64,000 nt of DNA, taken from Mayamaea pseudoterrestris. Its lineage: Eukaryota. Shown here piece by piece: positions 45,700 through 58,100 of the stretch; positions within the stretch are counted from its first letter, which is position 1, and each line of letters opens with the position of its first letter. The stretch spans positions 124,001 through 188,000 of the forward strand of contig BROI01000006.1 of NCBI GenBank assembly GCA_027923505.1, in the 5' to 3' direction. The translations under genes were made by a program, and so were the position numbers. The notes under the pieces are model-generated. The model did no database searches. It had not been told where the DNA came from and saw only the letters and a list, made by a program, of their open reading frames with translations.

Positions 45700-48600
45700 C
45701 AAGTTGTTGAAATGAGGCACCAGCAAAGCATTCCATCTTGTAGAGCAGCTAAAATAAGGATGATGCCACCATCCTTGTGTCTCTGGGTCATGAGCATGGC
45801 TCTGAGATGGTAATTTCGGTGTATACATGGCATGTTATACGGTAGGGGCACTTGAATGTCACCAGTCACATTGCAGTCTACTGAGACACCGGCCAAGCAT
45901 ACCATATTGTAGCGCAGCCGAAATAATGATGTTGGCACCATTCTGGTGTAATTTGGGCACCTACAGGGCTTGCTGTAGGGGCGTTTGAATGTCACAGCAC
46001 CTGTGCGCTGAGACTGGTGACAAGTTGTCACCAAATACATTGCCATCCCCTGAGACACCAGCCAAGCCTACCATCTTGTAAAGCAGCCAAAATAATGATG
46101 TTGGCACCATTCTGGTGTAATTTGGGCACCTACAGGGCCTGATGTAGGGGTGTTTGAATGACACGGCATCTGTGGGCTGAGACTGGTGACAAGTTGTCAC
46201 CAAATACATTGCCACCCCCTGAGACACCAGCCAAGCCTACCATCTTGTAGCGCAGCCTGAATAATGATGTTGGCACCATTCTGGTGTAGATTGGTCACCT
46301 ACAGGGCTGTAGGGGCGTTTGAATGTCACGGCATCTGCGGGCTGAGACTGGTGACAAGTTGTCACCAAATACATTGCCATCCCCTGAGACACCAGCCAAG
46401 CCTACCATCTTGTAGCGCAGCCGTAAAATTGATGTTGGCACCATTCTGGTGTAATTTGGGCACCTACAGGGCCTGATGTAGGGTGTCACGGCACCTGTGG
46501 GATGAGACTGGTGACAAGTTGTCACCAAATACATTGCCCATCCCCTGAGACACCAGCCAAGCCTACCATCTTGTAGCGCAGCCTGAATAATGATGTTGGC
46601 ACCATTTTGGTGTAATTTGGGCACCTACAGGGCCTGATGTAGGGGCGTTTGAATGACACGGCATCTGTGGGCTGAGACTGGTGACAAGTTGTCACCAAAT
46701 ACATTGCCATCCCCTGAGACACCAGCCAAGCCTACCATCTTGTAGCACAGCCTGAATAATGATGTTGGCACCATTCTGGTGTAATTTGGGCACCTACAGG
46801 GCTTGCTGTAGGTGCGTTTGAATGTCATGGCATATTGGCTGAGACTGGTGACAAGTTGTCACCAAATACATTGCCATCCCCTGAGACACCAGCCAAGCCT
46901 ACCATCTTGTAGCGCAGCCAGAACAATGTTGTTGGCACCATTCTAGGGTAATTTGGGCACCTACAGGGCTTGCTGTAGGGGCATTTAATTGTCATGGCAT
47001 CTGCGGGCTGAGACTGGTGACAAGTTGTCACCAAATACATTGCCATCCCCTGAGACACCAGCCAAGCCTACCATCTTGTAGCGCAGCCGGAATAATAATT
47101 TTGGCACCATTCTGGTGTAATTTTGTCACCTACAGGGCTTGCTGTAGGGGCGTTTGAATGTCACGGCATCTGCGGGCTGAGACTGGTGACAAGTTGTCAC
47201 CAAATACATTGCCATCCCCTGAGACACCAGCCAAGCATACCATATTGTAGCGCAGCCGGAATAATGATGTTGGCACCATTCTGGTGTAATTTGGGCACCT
47301 ACAGGGCTTGCTGTAAGGGGGTTTGAATGTCACGGCATCTGTGAGCCGAGACTGGTGACAAGTTGTCACCAAATACATTGCCATCCCCTGAGACACCAGC
47401 CAAGCCTACCATCTTGTAGCGCAGCTGGAATAATGATGTTGGCACCATTCTGGTGTAATTTGGGTACCTACAGGGCTTGCTGTAGGTGCGTTTGAATGTC
47501 ATGGCATATTGGCTGAGACTGGTGACAAGTTGTCACCAAATACATTGCCATCCCCTGAGACACCAGCCAAGCCTTCCATCTTGTAGCGCAGCCTGATTAA
47601 AGATGTTGGCACCATTCTGGTGTAATTTGGGCACCTACAGGGCCTGATGTAGGGGCGTTTGAATGTCATGGCATCTGCGGGCTGAGACTGGTGACAAGTT
47701 GTCACCAAATACATTGCCATCCCCTGAGACACCAGCCAAGCCTACCATCTTGTAGCGCAGCCTGAATAATGATGTTGGCACCATTCTGGTGTAATTTGGG
47801 CACCTACAGGGCCTGATGTAGGGGCGTTTGAATGTCACGGCATCTGTGGGCTGAGACTGGTGACAAGTTGTCACCAAATACATTGCCATCCCCTGAGACA
47901 CCAGCCAAGCCTACCATCTTGTAGCACAGCCTGAATAATGATGTTGGCACCATTCTGGTGTAATTTGGGCACCTACAGGGCTTGCTGTAGGGGCGTTTGA
48001 ATGTCATGGCATATTGGCTGAGACTGGTGACAAGTTGTCACCAAATACATTGCCATCCCCTGAGACACCAGCCAAGCCTACCATCTTGTAGCGCAGCCAG
48101 AACAATGTTGTTGGCACCATTCTAGTGTAATTTGGGCACCTACAGGGCTTGCTGTAGGGGCATTTAAATGTCATGGCATCTGCGGGCTGAGACTGGTGAC
48201 AAGTTGTCACCAAATACATTGCCATCCCCTGAGACACCAGCCAAGCCTACCATCTTGTAGCGCAGCCGGAATAATAATTTTGGCACCATTCTGGTGTAAT
48301 TTGGTCACCTACAGGGCTTGCTGTAGGGGCGTTTGAATGTCACGGCATCTGCGGGCTGAGACTGGTGACAAGTTGTCACCAAATACATTGCCATCCCCTG
48401 AGACACCAGCCAAGCCCACCATCTTGTAGCGCAGCCGGAATAATGATGTTGGCACCATTCTGGTGTAATTTGGGTACCTACAGGGCTTGCTGTAGGTGCG
48501 TTTGAATGTCATGGCATATTGGCTGAGACTGGTGACAAGTTGTCACCAAATACATTGCCATCCCCTGAGACACCAGCCAAGCCTACCATCTTGTAGCGCA

Positions 48601-51600
48601 GCCAAAAAAGTTGTTGGCACCATTCTGGTGTAATTTGGGCACCTACAGGGCCTGATGTAGGGGCGTTTGAATGTCATGGCATCTGCGGGCTGAGACTGGT
48701 GACAAGTTGTCACCAAATACATTGCCATCCCCTGAGACACCAGCCAAGCCTACCATCTTGTAGCGCAGCCTGAATAATGATGTTGGCACCATTTGGTGTA
48801 ATTTGGGCACCTACAGGGCTTGCTGTAGGGGCGTTTGAATGTCACGGCATCTGTGGGCTGAGACTGGTGACAAGTTGTCACCAAATACATTGCCATCCCC
48901 TGAGACACCAGCCAAGCCTACCATCTTGTAGCGCAGCCTGAATAATGATGTTGGCACCATTCTGGTGTAATTTGGGCACCTACAGGGCTTGCTGTAGGTG
49001 CGTTTGAATGTCATGGCATATTGGCTGAGACTGGTGACAAGTTGTCACCAAATACATTGCCATCCCCTGAGACACCAGCCAAGCCTACCATCTTGTAGCG
49101 CAGCCAGAACAATGTTGTTGACACCATTCTAGTGTAATTTGGGCACCTACAGGGCCTGATGTAGGGGCGTTTGAATGTCATGGCATCTGCGGGCTGAGAC
49201 TGGTGACAAGTTGTCACCAAATACATTGCCATCCCCTGAGACACCAGCCAAGCCTACCATCTTGTAGCGCAGCCTGAATAATGATGTTGGCATCATTCTG
49301 GTGTAATTTGGGCACCTACAGGGCCTGATGTAGGGGCGTTTGAATGTCACGGCATCTGTGGGCTGAGACTGGTGACAAGTTGTCACCAAATACATTGCCA
49401 TCCCCTGAGACACCAGCCAAGCCTACCATCTTGTAGCGCAGCCGGAATAATAATGTTGGCACCATTCTGGTGTAATTTGGGCACCTACAGGGCTTGCTGT
49501 AGGGGCGTTTGAATGTCACGGCATCTGCGGGCTGAGACTGGTGACAAGTTGTCACCAAATACATTGCCATCCCCTGAGACACCAGCCAAGCCTACCATCT
49601 TGTAGCGCAGCCTGAATAATGATGTTGGCACCATTCTGGTGTAATTTGGGCACCTACAGGGCTTGCTGTAGGTGCGTTTGAATGTCATGGCATCTGCGGG
49701 CTGAGACTGGTGACAAGTTGTCACCAAATACATTGCCATCCCCTGAGACACCAGCCAAGCCTACCATCTTGTAGCGCAGCCTGAATAATGATGTTGGCAC
49801 CATTCTGGTGTAATTTGGGCACCTACAGGGCCTGCTGTAGGGGCGTTTGAATGTCATGGCATCTGCGGGCTGAGACTGGTGACAAGTTGTCACCAAATAC
49901 ATTGCCATCCCCTGAGACACCAGCCAAGCCTACCATCTTGTAGCGCAGCCTGAATAATGATGTTGGCACCATTCTGGTGTAATTTGGGCACCTACAGGGC
50001 CTGCTGTAGGGGCGTTTGAATGTCACGGCATCTGTGGGCTGAGACTGGTGACAAGTTGTCACCAAATACATTGCCATCCCCTGAGACACCAGCCAAGCCT
50101 ACCATCTTGTAGCGCAGCCTGAATAATGATGTTGGCACCATTCTGGTGTAATTTGGGCACCTACAGGGCTTGCTGTAGGGGCGTTTGAATGTCATGGCAT
50201 CTGCTGGCTGAGACTGGTGACAAGTTGTCACCAAATACATTGCCATCCCCTGAGACACCAACCAAGCCTACCATCTTGTAGCGCAGCCGTAACATTGATG
50301 TTGGCACCATTCTGGTGTAATTTGGGCACCTACAGGGCCTGATGTAGGGGCGTTTGAATGTCATGGCATCTGCGGGCTGAGACTGGTGACAAGTTGTCAC
50401 CAAATACATTGCCATCCCCTGAGACACCAGCCAAGCCTACCATCTTGTAGCGCAGCCTGAATAATGATGTTGGCATCATTCTGGTGTAATTTGGGCACCT
50501 ACAGGGCTTGCTGTAGGTGCGTTTGAATGTCACGGCATCTGCGGGCTGAGACTGGTGACAAGTTGTCACCAAATACATTGCCATCCCCTGAGACACCAGC
50601 CAAGCCTACCATCTTGTAGCGCAGCCTGAATAATGATGTTGGCACCATTCTGGTGTAATTTGGGCACCTACAGGGCTTGCTGTAGGGGCGTTTGAATGTC
50701 ACGGCATCTGCGGGCTGAGACTGGTGACAAGTTGTCACCAAATACATTGCCATCCCCTGAGACACCAGCCAAGCCTACCATCTTGTAGCGCAGCCTGAAT
50801 AATGATGTTGGCACCATTCTGGTGTAATTTGGGCACCTACAGGGCTTGCTGTAGGGGCGTTTGAATGTCATGGCATCTGCGACTGAGACTGGTGACAAGT
50901 TGTCACCAAATACATTGCCATCCCCTGAGACACCAGCCAAGCCTACCATCTTGTAGCGCAGCCTGAATAATGATGTTGGCACCATTCTGGTGTAATTTGG
51001 GCACCTACAGGGCCTGCTGTAGGGGCGTTTGAATGTCATGGCATCTGCGGGCTGAGACTGGTGACAAGTTGTCACCAAATACATTGCCATCCCCTGAGAC
51101 ACCAGCCAAGCCTACCATCTTGTAGCGCAGCCTGAATAATGATGTTGGCACCATTCTGGTGTAATTTGGGCACCTACAGGGCTTGCTGTAGGGGCGTTTG
51201 AATGTCACGGCATCTGTTGGCTGAGACTGGTGACAAGTTGTCACCAAATACATTGCCATCCCCTGAGACACCAGCCAAGCCTACCATCTTGTAGCGCAGC
51301 CGGAATAATGATGTTGGCACCATTCTGGTGTAATTTGGGCACCTACAGGGCCTGCTGTAGGGGCGTTTGAATGTCACGGCATCTGTGGGCTGAGACTGGT
51401 GACAAGTTGTCACCAAATACATTGCCATCCCCTGAGACACCAGCCAAGCCTACCATCTTGTAGCGCAGCCTGAATAATGATGTTGGCACCATTCTGGTGT
51501 AATTTGGGCACCTACAGGGCCTGCTGTAGGGGCGTTTGAATGTCATGGCATCTGCGGGCTGAGACTGGTGACAAGTTGTCACCAAATACATTGCCATCCC

Positions 51601-52010
51601 CTGAGACACCAGCCAAGCCTACCATCTTGTAGCGCAGCCTGAATAATGATGTTGGCACCATTCTGGTGTAATTTGGGCACCTACAGGGCTTGCTGTAGGG
51701 GCGTTTGAATGTCACGGCATCTGCGGGCTGAGACTGGTGACAAGTTGTCACCAAATACATTGCCATCCCCTGAGACACCAGCCAAGCCTACCATCTTGTA
51801 GCGCAGCCTGAATAATGATGTTGGCACCATTCTGGTGTAATTTGGGCACCTACAGGGCTTGCTGGCGGGCGTTGGCATGTCATGGAATCTGCGGCTGAGA
51901 CTGGTGACAAGTTGTCACCAAATACATTGCCATCCCCTGAGACACCAGCCAACCGCCCCACATACAATAGCAACAATGTACATTCTTCTAAGTGTAATTT
52001 GGGCACCTAC
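45700..52010. repeat. Satellite array A, 169-bp unit, roughly 36 copies
   Basis: Exact 169-bp period (e.g. 49654, 49823, 49992, 50161); each unit has TGAGAC then the palindrome TGGTGACAA-G-TTGTCACCA; left edge degenerate. Confidence 0.97.
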
Positions 52011-52109
52011 AAGGCTTGTCACCTGTGGGTGTGAATGACCCATCCTTGGCCATGAGACTGGTGACAAGTGTCAACCAATACATTGCAATGTGAGACCAGC
52101 CAAGCCTAC

Positions 52110-55100
52110 CATTTTTTGGCTACACGAACCATCATTGTTGCCAGCTTAGCCCTCCAATCCATTTCAATTCATGTTTGGTGTCATGATAGGCCAATGCTTA
52201 AGTCAGTTGCACCCACCCATTCCAGTCTCCACCACCATGTATGTCATGGTGAGACTCGGCAGATCCAACAACTTGTTGAATCTGCTAGCAGCGCACCTCA
52301 AGTGGCACTCCAGACTGCCAGAATGGCCCGCCAGTTCTGGAATACAAAGAACATACATTTGTTAAGTGATTAGATCGCAAAGGCTTGTCACCTTGAGTGT
52401 GAAACCCATCCCTTTGCCATGAGACTCCACACATTCAACCAATGGTTGAATGTGCCAGCCGTGCTTTTTTTACTGCACATACCATCAATGTTGCCAGTTG
52501 AGCCCTCCAATCCATTTCAATTTCATGTTTGGTGTCATGATGGGCCAATGCTTAAGTCAGTTGCACCCACCCACTCCAGTCTCCACCACCATGTATGTCA
52601 TGGTGAGACTCGGCAGATCCAACAACTTGTTGAATCTGCTAGCAGCGCACCTCAAGTGGCACTCCAGACTGCCAGAATGGCCTGCCAGTTCTGGAATACA
52701 AAGAACATACATTTTTTAAGTGATTAGACCACAAAGGCTTGTCACCTTGGGTGTGAAACCCATTCCTTTGCCATGAGACTCCGCACATTCAACCAATGGT
52801 TGAATGTGCCAGCTGTACCCTTTTTGGCTACATGAATCATCATTGTTGCCAGCTTAGCCCTCCAATCCATTTCAATTCATGTTTGGTGTCATGATGGGCC
52901 AATGCTTAAGTCAGTTGCATTCACCCATTTCAGTCTCCACCACCATGTATGTCATGGTGAGACTCGGCAGATCCAACAACTTGTTGAATCTGCTAGCAGC
53001 GCACAGCACCTCGGGCACTCCAACTGCCAGTGCGCCATCATACAGAAGGCTTGTCACCTTGGGTGTGAAACCCATCCCTTTGCCATGAGACTCCGCACAT
53101 TCAACCAATGGTTGAATTTGCCAGCCGTATACCCTTTTTGGCTACACGAACCATCATTGTTGCCAGTTGAGCCCTCCAATCCATTTCAATTCATGTTTGG
53201 TGTCATGATGGGCCAATGCTTAAGTCAGTTGCACCCACCCATTCCAGTCTCCACCACCATGTATGTCATGGTGAGACTCGGCAGATCAAACAAATTGTTA
53301 GATCTGCTAGCAGCACACCTCCAGTAGCATTTCAGACTGCCAGAATGGCCTGCCAGTTCTGGAATACAAAGAACATACATTTTGTAAGTGATTAGACCGC
53401 AAAGGCTTGTCACCTTGGGTGTGAAACCCATCCCTTTGCCATGAGACTCCGCACATTCAACCAATGGTTGAATGTGCCAGCCATGTACCCTTTTTGGCTA
53501 CACGAACCATCATTGTTGCCAGTTGAGCCTCCAATCCATTTCAATTCATGTTTGGTGTCATGATGGGCCAATGCTTAAGTCAGTTGCACCCACCCATTCC
53601 AGTCTCCACCACCATGTATGTCATGGTGAGACTCGGCAGATCCAACAACTTGTTGAATCTGCTAGCAGCGCACCTCAAGTGGCACTCCAGACTGCCAGAA
53701 TGGCCTGCCAGTTCTGGAATACAAAGAACATACATTTTGTAAGTGATTAGACCGCAAAGGCTTGTCACCTTGGGTGTGAAACCCATCCCTTTGCCATGAG
53801 ACTCTGCACATTCAACCAATGGTTGAATGTGCCAGCCGTATACCCTTTTTGGCTACACGAACCATCATTGTTGCCAGTTGAGCCCTCCAATCCATTTCAA
53901 TTCATGTTTGGTGTCATGATGGGCCAATGCTTAAGTCAGTTGCACCCACCCATTCCAGTCTCCACCACCATGTATGTCATGGTGAGACTCGGCAGATCCA
54001 ACAACTTGTTGAATCTGCTAGCAGCGCACCTCAAGTGGCACTCCAGACTGCCAGAATGGCCTGCCAGTTCTGGAATACAAAGAACATACATTTTGTAAGT
54101 GATTCGAGCGCAAAGGCTTGTCACCTTGGGTGTGAAACCCATCCCTTTGCCATGAGACTCCGCACATTCAACCAATGGTTGAATGTGCCAGCCGTGTACC
54201 CTTTTTGGCTACACGAACCATCATTGTTGCCAGTTGAGCCCTCCAATCCATTTCAATTCATGTCTGGTGTCATGATGGGCCAATGCTTAAGTCAGTTGCA
54301 CCCACCCATTCCAGTCTCCACCACCATGTATGTCATGGTGAGACTCGGCAGATCCAACAACTTGTTGAATCTGCTAGCAGCGCACCTCAAGTGGCACTCC
54401 AGACTGCCAGAATGGCCTGCCAGTTCTGGAATACAAAGAACATACATTTTGTAAGTGATTAGACCGCAAAGGCTTGTCACCTTGGGTGTGAAACCCATCC
54501 CTTTGCCATGAGACTCCGCACATTCAACCAATGGTTGAATGTGCCAGCCGTGCACCCTTTTTGGCTACACGAACCATCATTGTTGCCAGTTGAGCCCTCC
54601 AATCCATTTCTATTCATGTTTGGTGTCATGATGGGCCAATGCTTGGGTCAGTTGCACCCACCAGTTCCAGTCTCCACCACCATGTGTATGACATGGTGAG
54701 ACTTGGCAGATCCAACACCTTGTTGGATCTGCTAGCAGCGCACCTCAAGTGGCACTTTAGACTGCCAGAATGGCCTGCCAGTTCTGGAATACAAAGAACA
54801 TACATTTTTTAAGTGATTAGACCACAAAGGCTTGTCACCTTGGGTGTGAAACCCATCCCTTTGCCATGAGACTCCGCACATTCAACCAATGGTTGAATGT
54901 GCCAGCCGTGCACCCTTTTTGGCTACACAAACCATCATTGTTGCCAGCTGAGCCCTCCAATCCATTTCAATTTCATGTTTGGTGTCATGATGGGCCAATG
55001 CTTAAGTCAGTTGCACCCACCCACTCCAGTCTCCACCACCATGTATGTCATGGTGAGACTCGGCAGATCCAACAACTTGTTGAATCTGCTAGCAGCGCAC

Positions 55101-58100
55101 CTCAAGTGGCACTCCAGACTGCCAGAATGGCCTGCCAGTTCTAGAATACAAAGAACATACATTTTGTAAGTGATTAGACCGCAAAGGCTTGTCACCTTGG
55201 GTGTGAACCCATCCCTTTGCCATGAGGCTCTGCACATTCAATTAATGGTTGAATGTGCCAGCCATGCACCATTTTTGGCTATACAAACCATCATTGTTGC
55301 CAGTTGAGCCCTACAATCCATTTCATTTCATGTTTGGTGTCATGATGGGCCAATGCTTAAGTCAGTTGCACCCACCCACTCCAGTCTCCACCACCATGTA
55401 TGTCATGGTGAGACTCGGCAGATCCAACAACTTGTTGAATCTGCTAGCAGCGCACCTCAAGTGGCACTCCAGACAGCCAGAATGGCCTGCCAGTTCTGGA
55501 ATACAAGAACATACACTTGTTAAGTGATTAGAGCGCAAAGGCTTGTCACCATGGGTGTGAAACCCATTCCTTTGCCATGAGACTCCGCAGATTCAACCAA
55601 TGGTTGAATGTGCCAGCCATGTACCCTTTTTGGCTACACGAACCATCATTGTTGCCAGCTGAGCCCTCCAATCCATTTCATTTCATGTTTGGTGTCATGA
55701 TGGGCCAATGCTTAAGTCAGTTGCACCCACCCATTCCAGTCTCCACCACCATGTATGTCATGGTGAGACTCGGCAGATCCAACAACTTGTTGAATCTGCT
55801 AGCAGCGCACCTCAAGTGGCACTCCAGACTGCCAGAATGGCCTGCCAGTTCTGGAATACAAAGAACACCCTTTTTGGCTACACAAACCATCATTGTTGCC
55901 AGCTGAGCCCTCCAATCCATTTCAATTTCATGTTTGGTGTCATGATGGGCCAATGCTTAAGTCAGTTGCACCCACCCACTCCAGTCTCCACCACCATGTA
56001 TGTCATGGTGAGACTCGGCAGATCCAACAACTTGTTGAATCTGCTAGCAGCGCACCTCAAGTGGCACTCCAGACTGCCAGAATGGCCTGCCAGTTCTAGA
56101 ATACAAAGAACATACATTTTGTAAGTGATTAGACCGCAAAGGCTTGTCACCTTGGGTGTGAACCCATCCCTTTGCCATGAGGCTCTGCACATTCAATTAA
56201 TGGTTGAATGTGCCAGCCATGCACCATTTTTGGCTATACAAACCATCATTGTTGCCAGTTGAGCCCTACAATCCATTTCATTTCATGTTTGGTGTCATGA
56301 TGGGCCAATGCTTAAGTCAGTTGCACCCACCCACTCCAGTCTCCACCACCATGTATGTCATGGTGAGACTCGGCAGATCCAACAACTTGTTGAATCTGCT
56401 AGCAGCGCACCTCAAGTGGCACTCCAGACAGCCAGAATGGCCTGCCAGTTCTGGAATACAAGAACATACACTTGTTAAGTGATTAGAGCGCAAAGGCTTG
56501 TCACCATGGGTGTGAAACCCATTCCTTTGCCATGAGACTCCGCAGATTCAACCAATGGTTGAATGTGCCAGCCATGTACCCTTTTTGGCTACACGAACCA
56601 TCATTGTTGCCAGCTGAGCCCTCCAATCCATTTCATTTCATGTTTGGTGTCATGATGGGCCAATGCTTAAGTCAGTTGCACCCACCCATTCCAGTCTCCA
56701 CCACCATGTATGTCATGGTGAGACTCGGCAGATCCAACAACTTGTTGAATCTGCTAGCAGCGCACCTCAAGTGGCACTCCAGACTGCCAGAATGGCCTGC
56801 CAGTTCTGGAATACAAAGAACATACATTTTGTAAGTGATTAGACCGCAAAGGCTTGTCACCTTGGGTGTGAAACCCATCCCTTTGCCATGAGACTCCGCA
56901 CATTCAACCAATGGTTGAATGTGCCCCGTGACAGTTAACCATCCTTGCCAGCTGAGCCCTCCAATCCATTTCAATTCATGTTTGGTGTCATGATGGGCCA
57001 ATGCTTAAGTCAGTTGCACCCACCCATTCCAGTCTCCATCACCATGTATGTATGGTGAGACTCGGCAGATTCAACAACTTGTTGAATCTGCTAGCAGCGC
57101 ACCTCAAGTGGCACTCCAGACTGCCAGAATGGCCTGCCAGTTCTGGAATACAAGAACATACATTTGTTAAGTGATTAGAGCGCAAAGGCTTGTCACCATG
57201 GGTGTGAAACCCATTCCTTTGCCATGAGACTCCGCACATTCAACCAATGGTTGAATGTGCCAGCCGTGCACCCTTTTTGGCTACACAAACCATCATTGTT
57301 GCCAGCTGAGCCCTCCAATCCATTTCAATTCATGTTTGGTGTCATGATGGGCCAATGCTTAAGTCAGTTGCACCCACCCATTCCAGTCTCCACCACCATG
57401 TATGTCATGGTGAGACTCGGCAGATCCAACAACTTGTTGAATCTGCTAGCAGCGCACCTCAAGTGGCACTCCAGACTGCCAGAATGGCCTGCCAGTTCTG
57501 GAATACAAAGAACATACATTTTGTAAGTGATTAGACCGCAAAGGCTTGTCACCTTGGGTGTGAAACCCATCCCTTTGCCATGAGACTCCGCACATTCAAC
57601 CAATGGTTGAATGTGCCAGCCGTGCACCCTTTTTGGCTACACAAACCATCATTGTTGCCAGTTGAGCCCTCCAATCCATTTCAATTCATGTTTGGTGTCA
57701 TGATGGGCCAATGCTTAGGTCAGTTGCACCCACCCATTCCAGTCTCCACCACCATGTATGTCATGGTGAGACTCGGCAGATCCAACAACTTGTTGAATCT
57801 GCTAGCAGCGCACCTCAAGTGGCACTCCAGACTGCCAGAATGGCCTGCCAGTTCTGGAATACAAAGAACATACATTTTGTAAGTGATTAGACCGCAAAGG
57901 CTTGTCACCTTGGGTGTGAAACCCATCCCTTTGCCATGAGACTCCGCATGGTGAGACTCGGCAGATCCAACAACTTGTTGAATCTGCTAGCAGCGCACCT
58001 CAAGTGGCACTCCAGACTGCCAGAATGGCCTGCCAGTTCTGGAATACAAGAACATACATTTGTTAAGTGATTAGAGCGCAAAGGCTTGTCACCATGGGTG

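Noticed and set aside
45960..52010. CRISPR-like appearance of regularly spaced palindromes
   Set aside because: The intervening sequence is near-identical rather than unique spacers, there are no cas genes, and the context is eukaryotic
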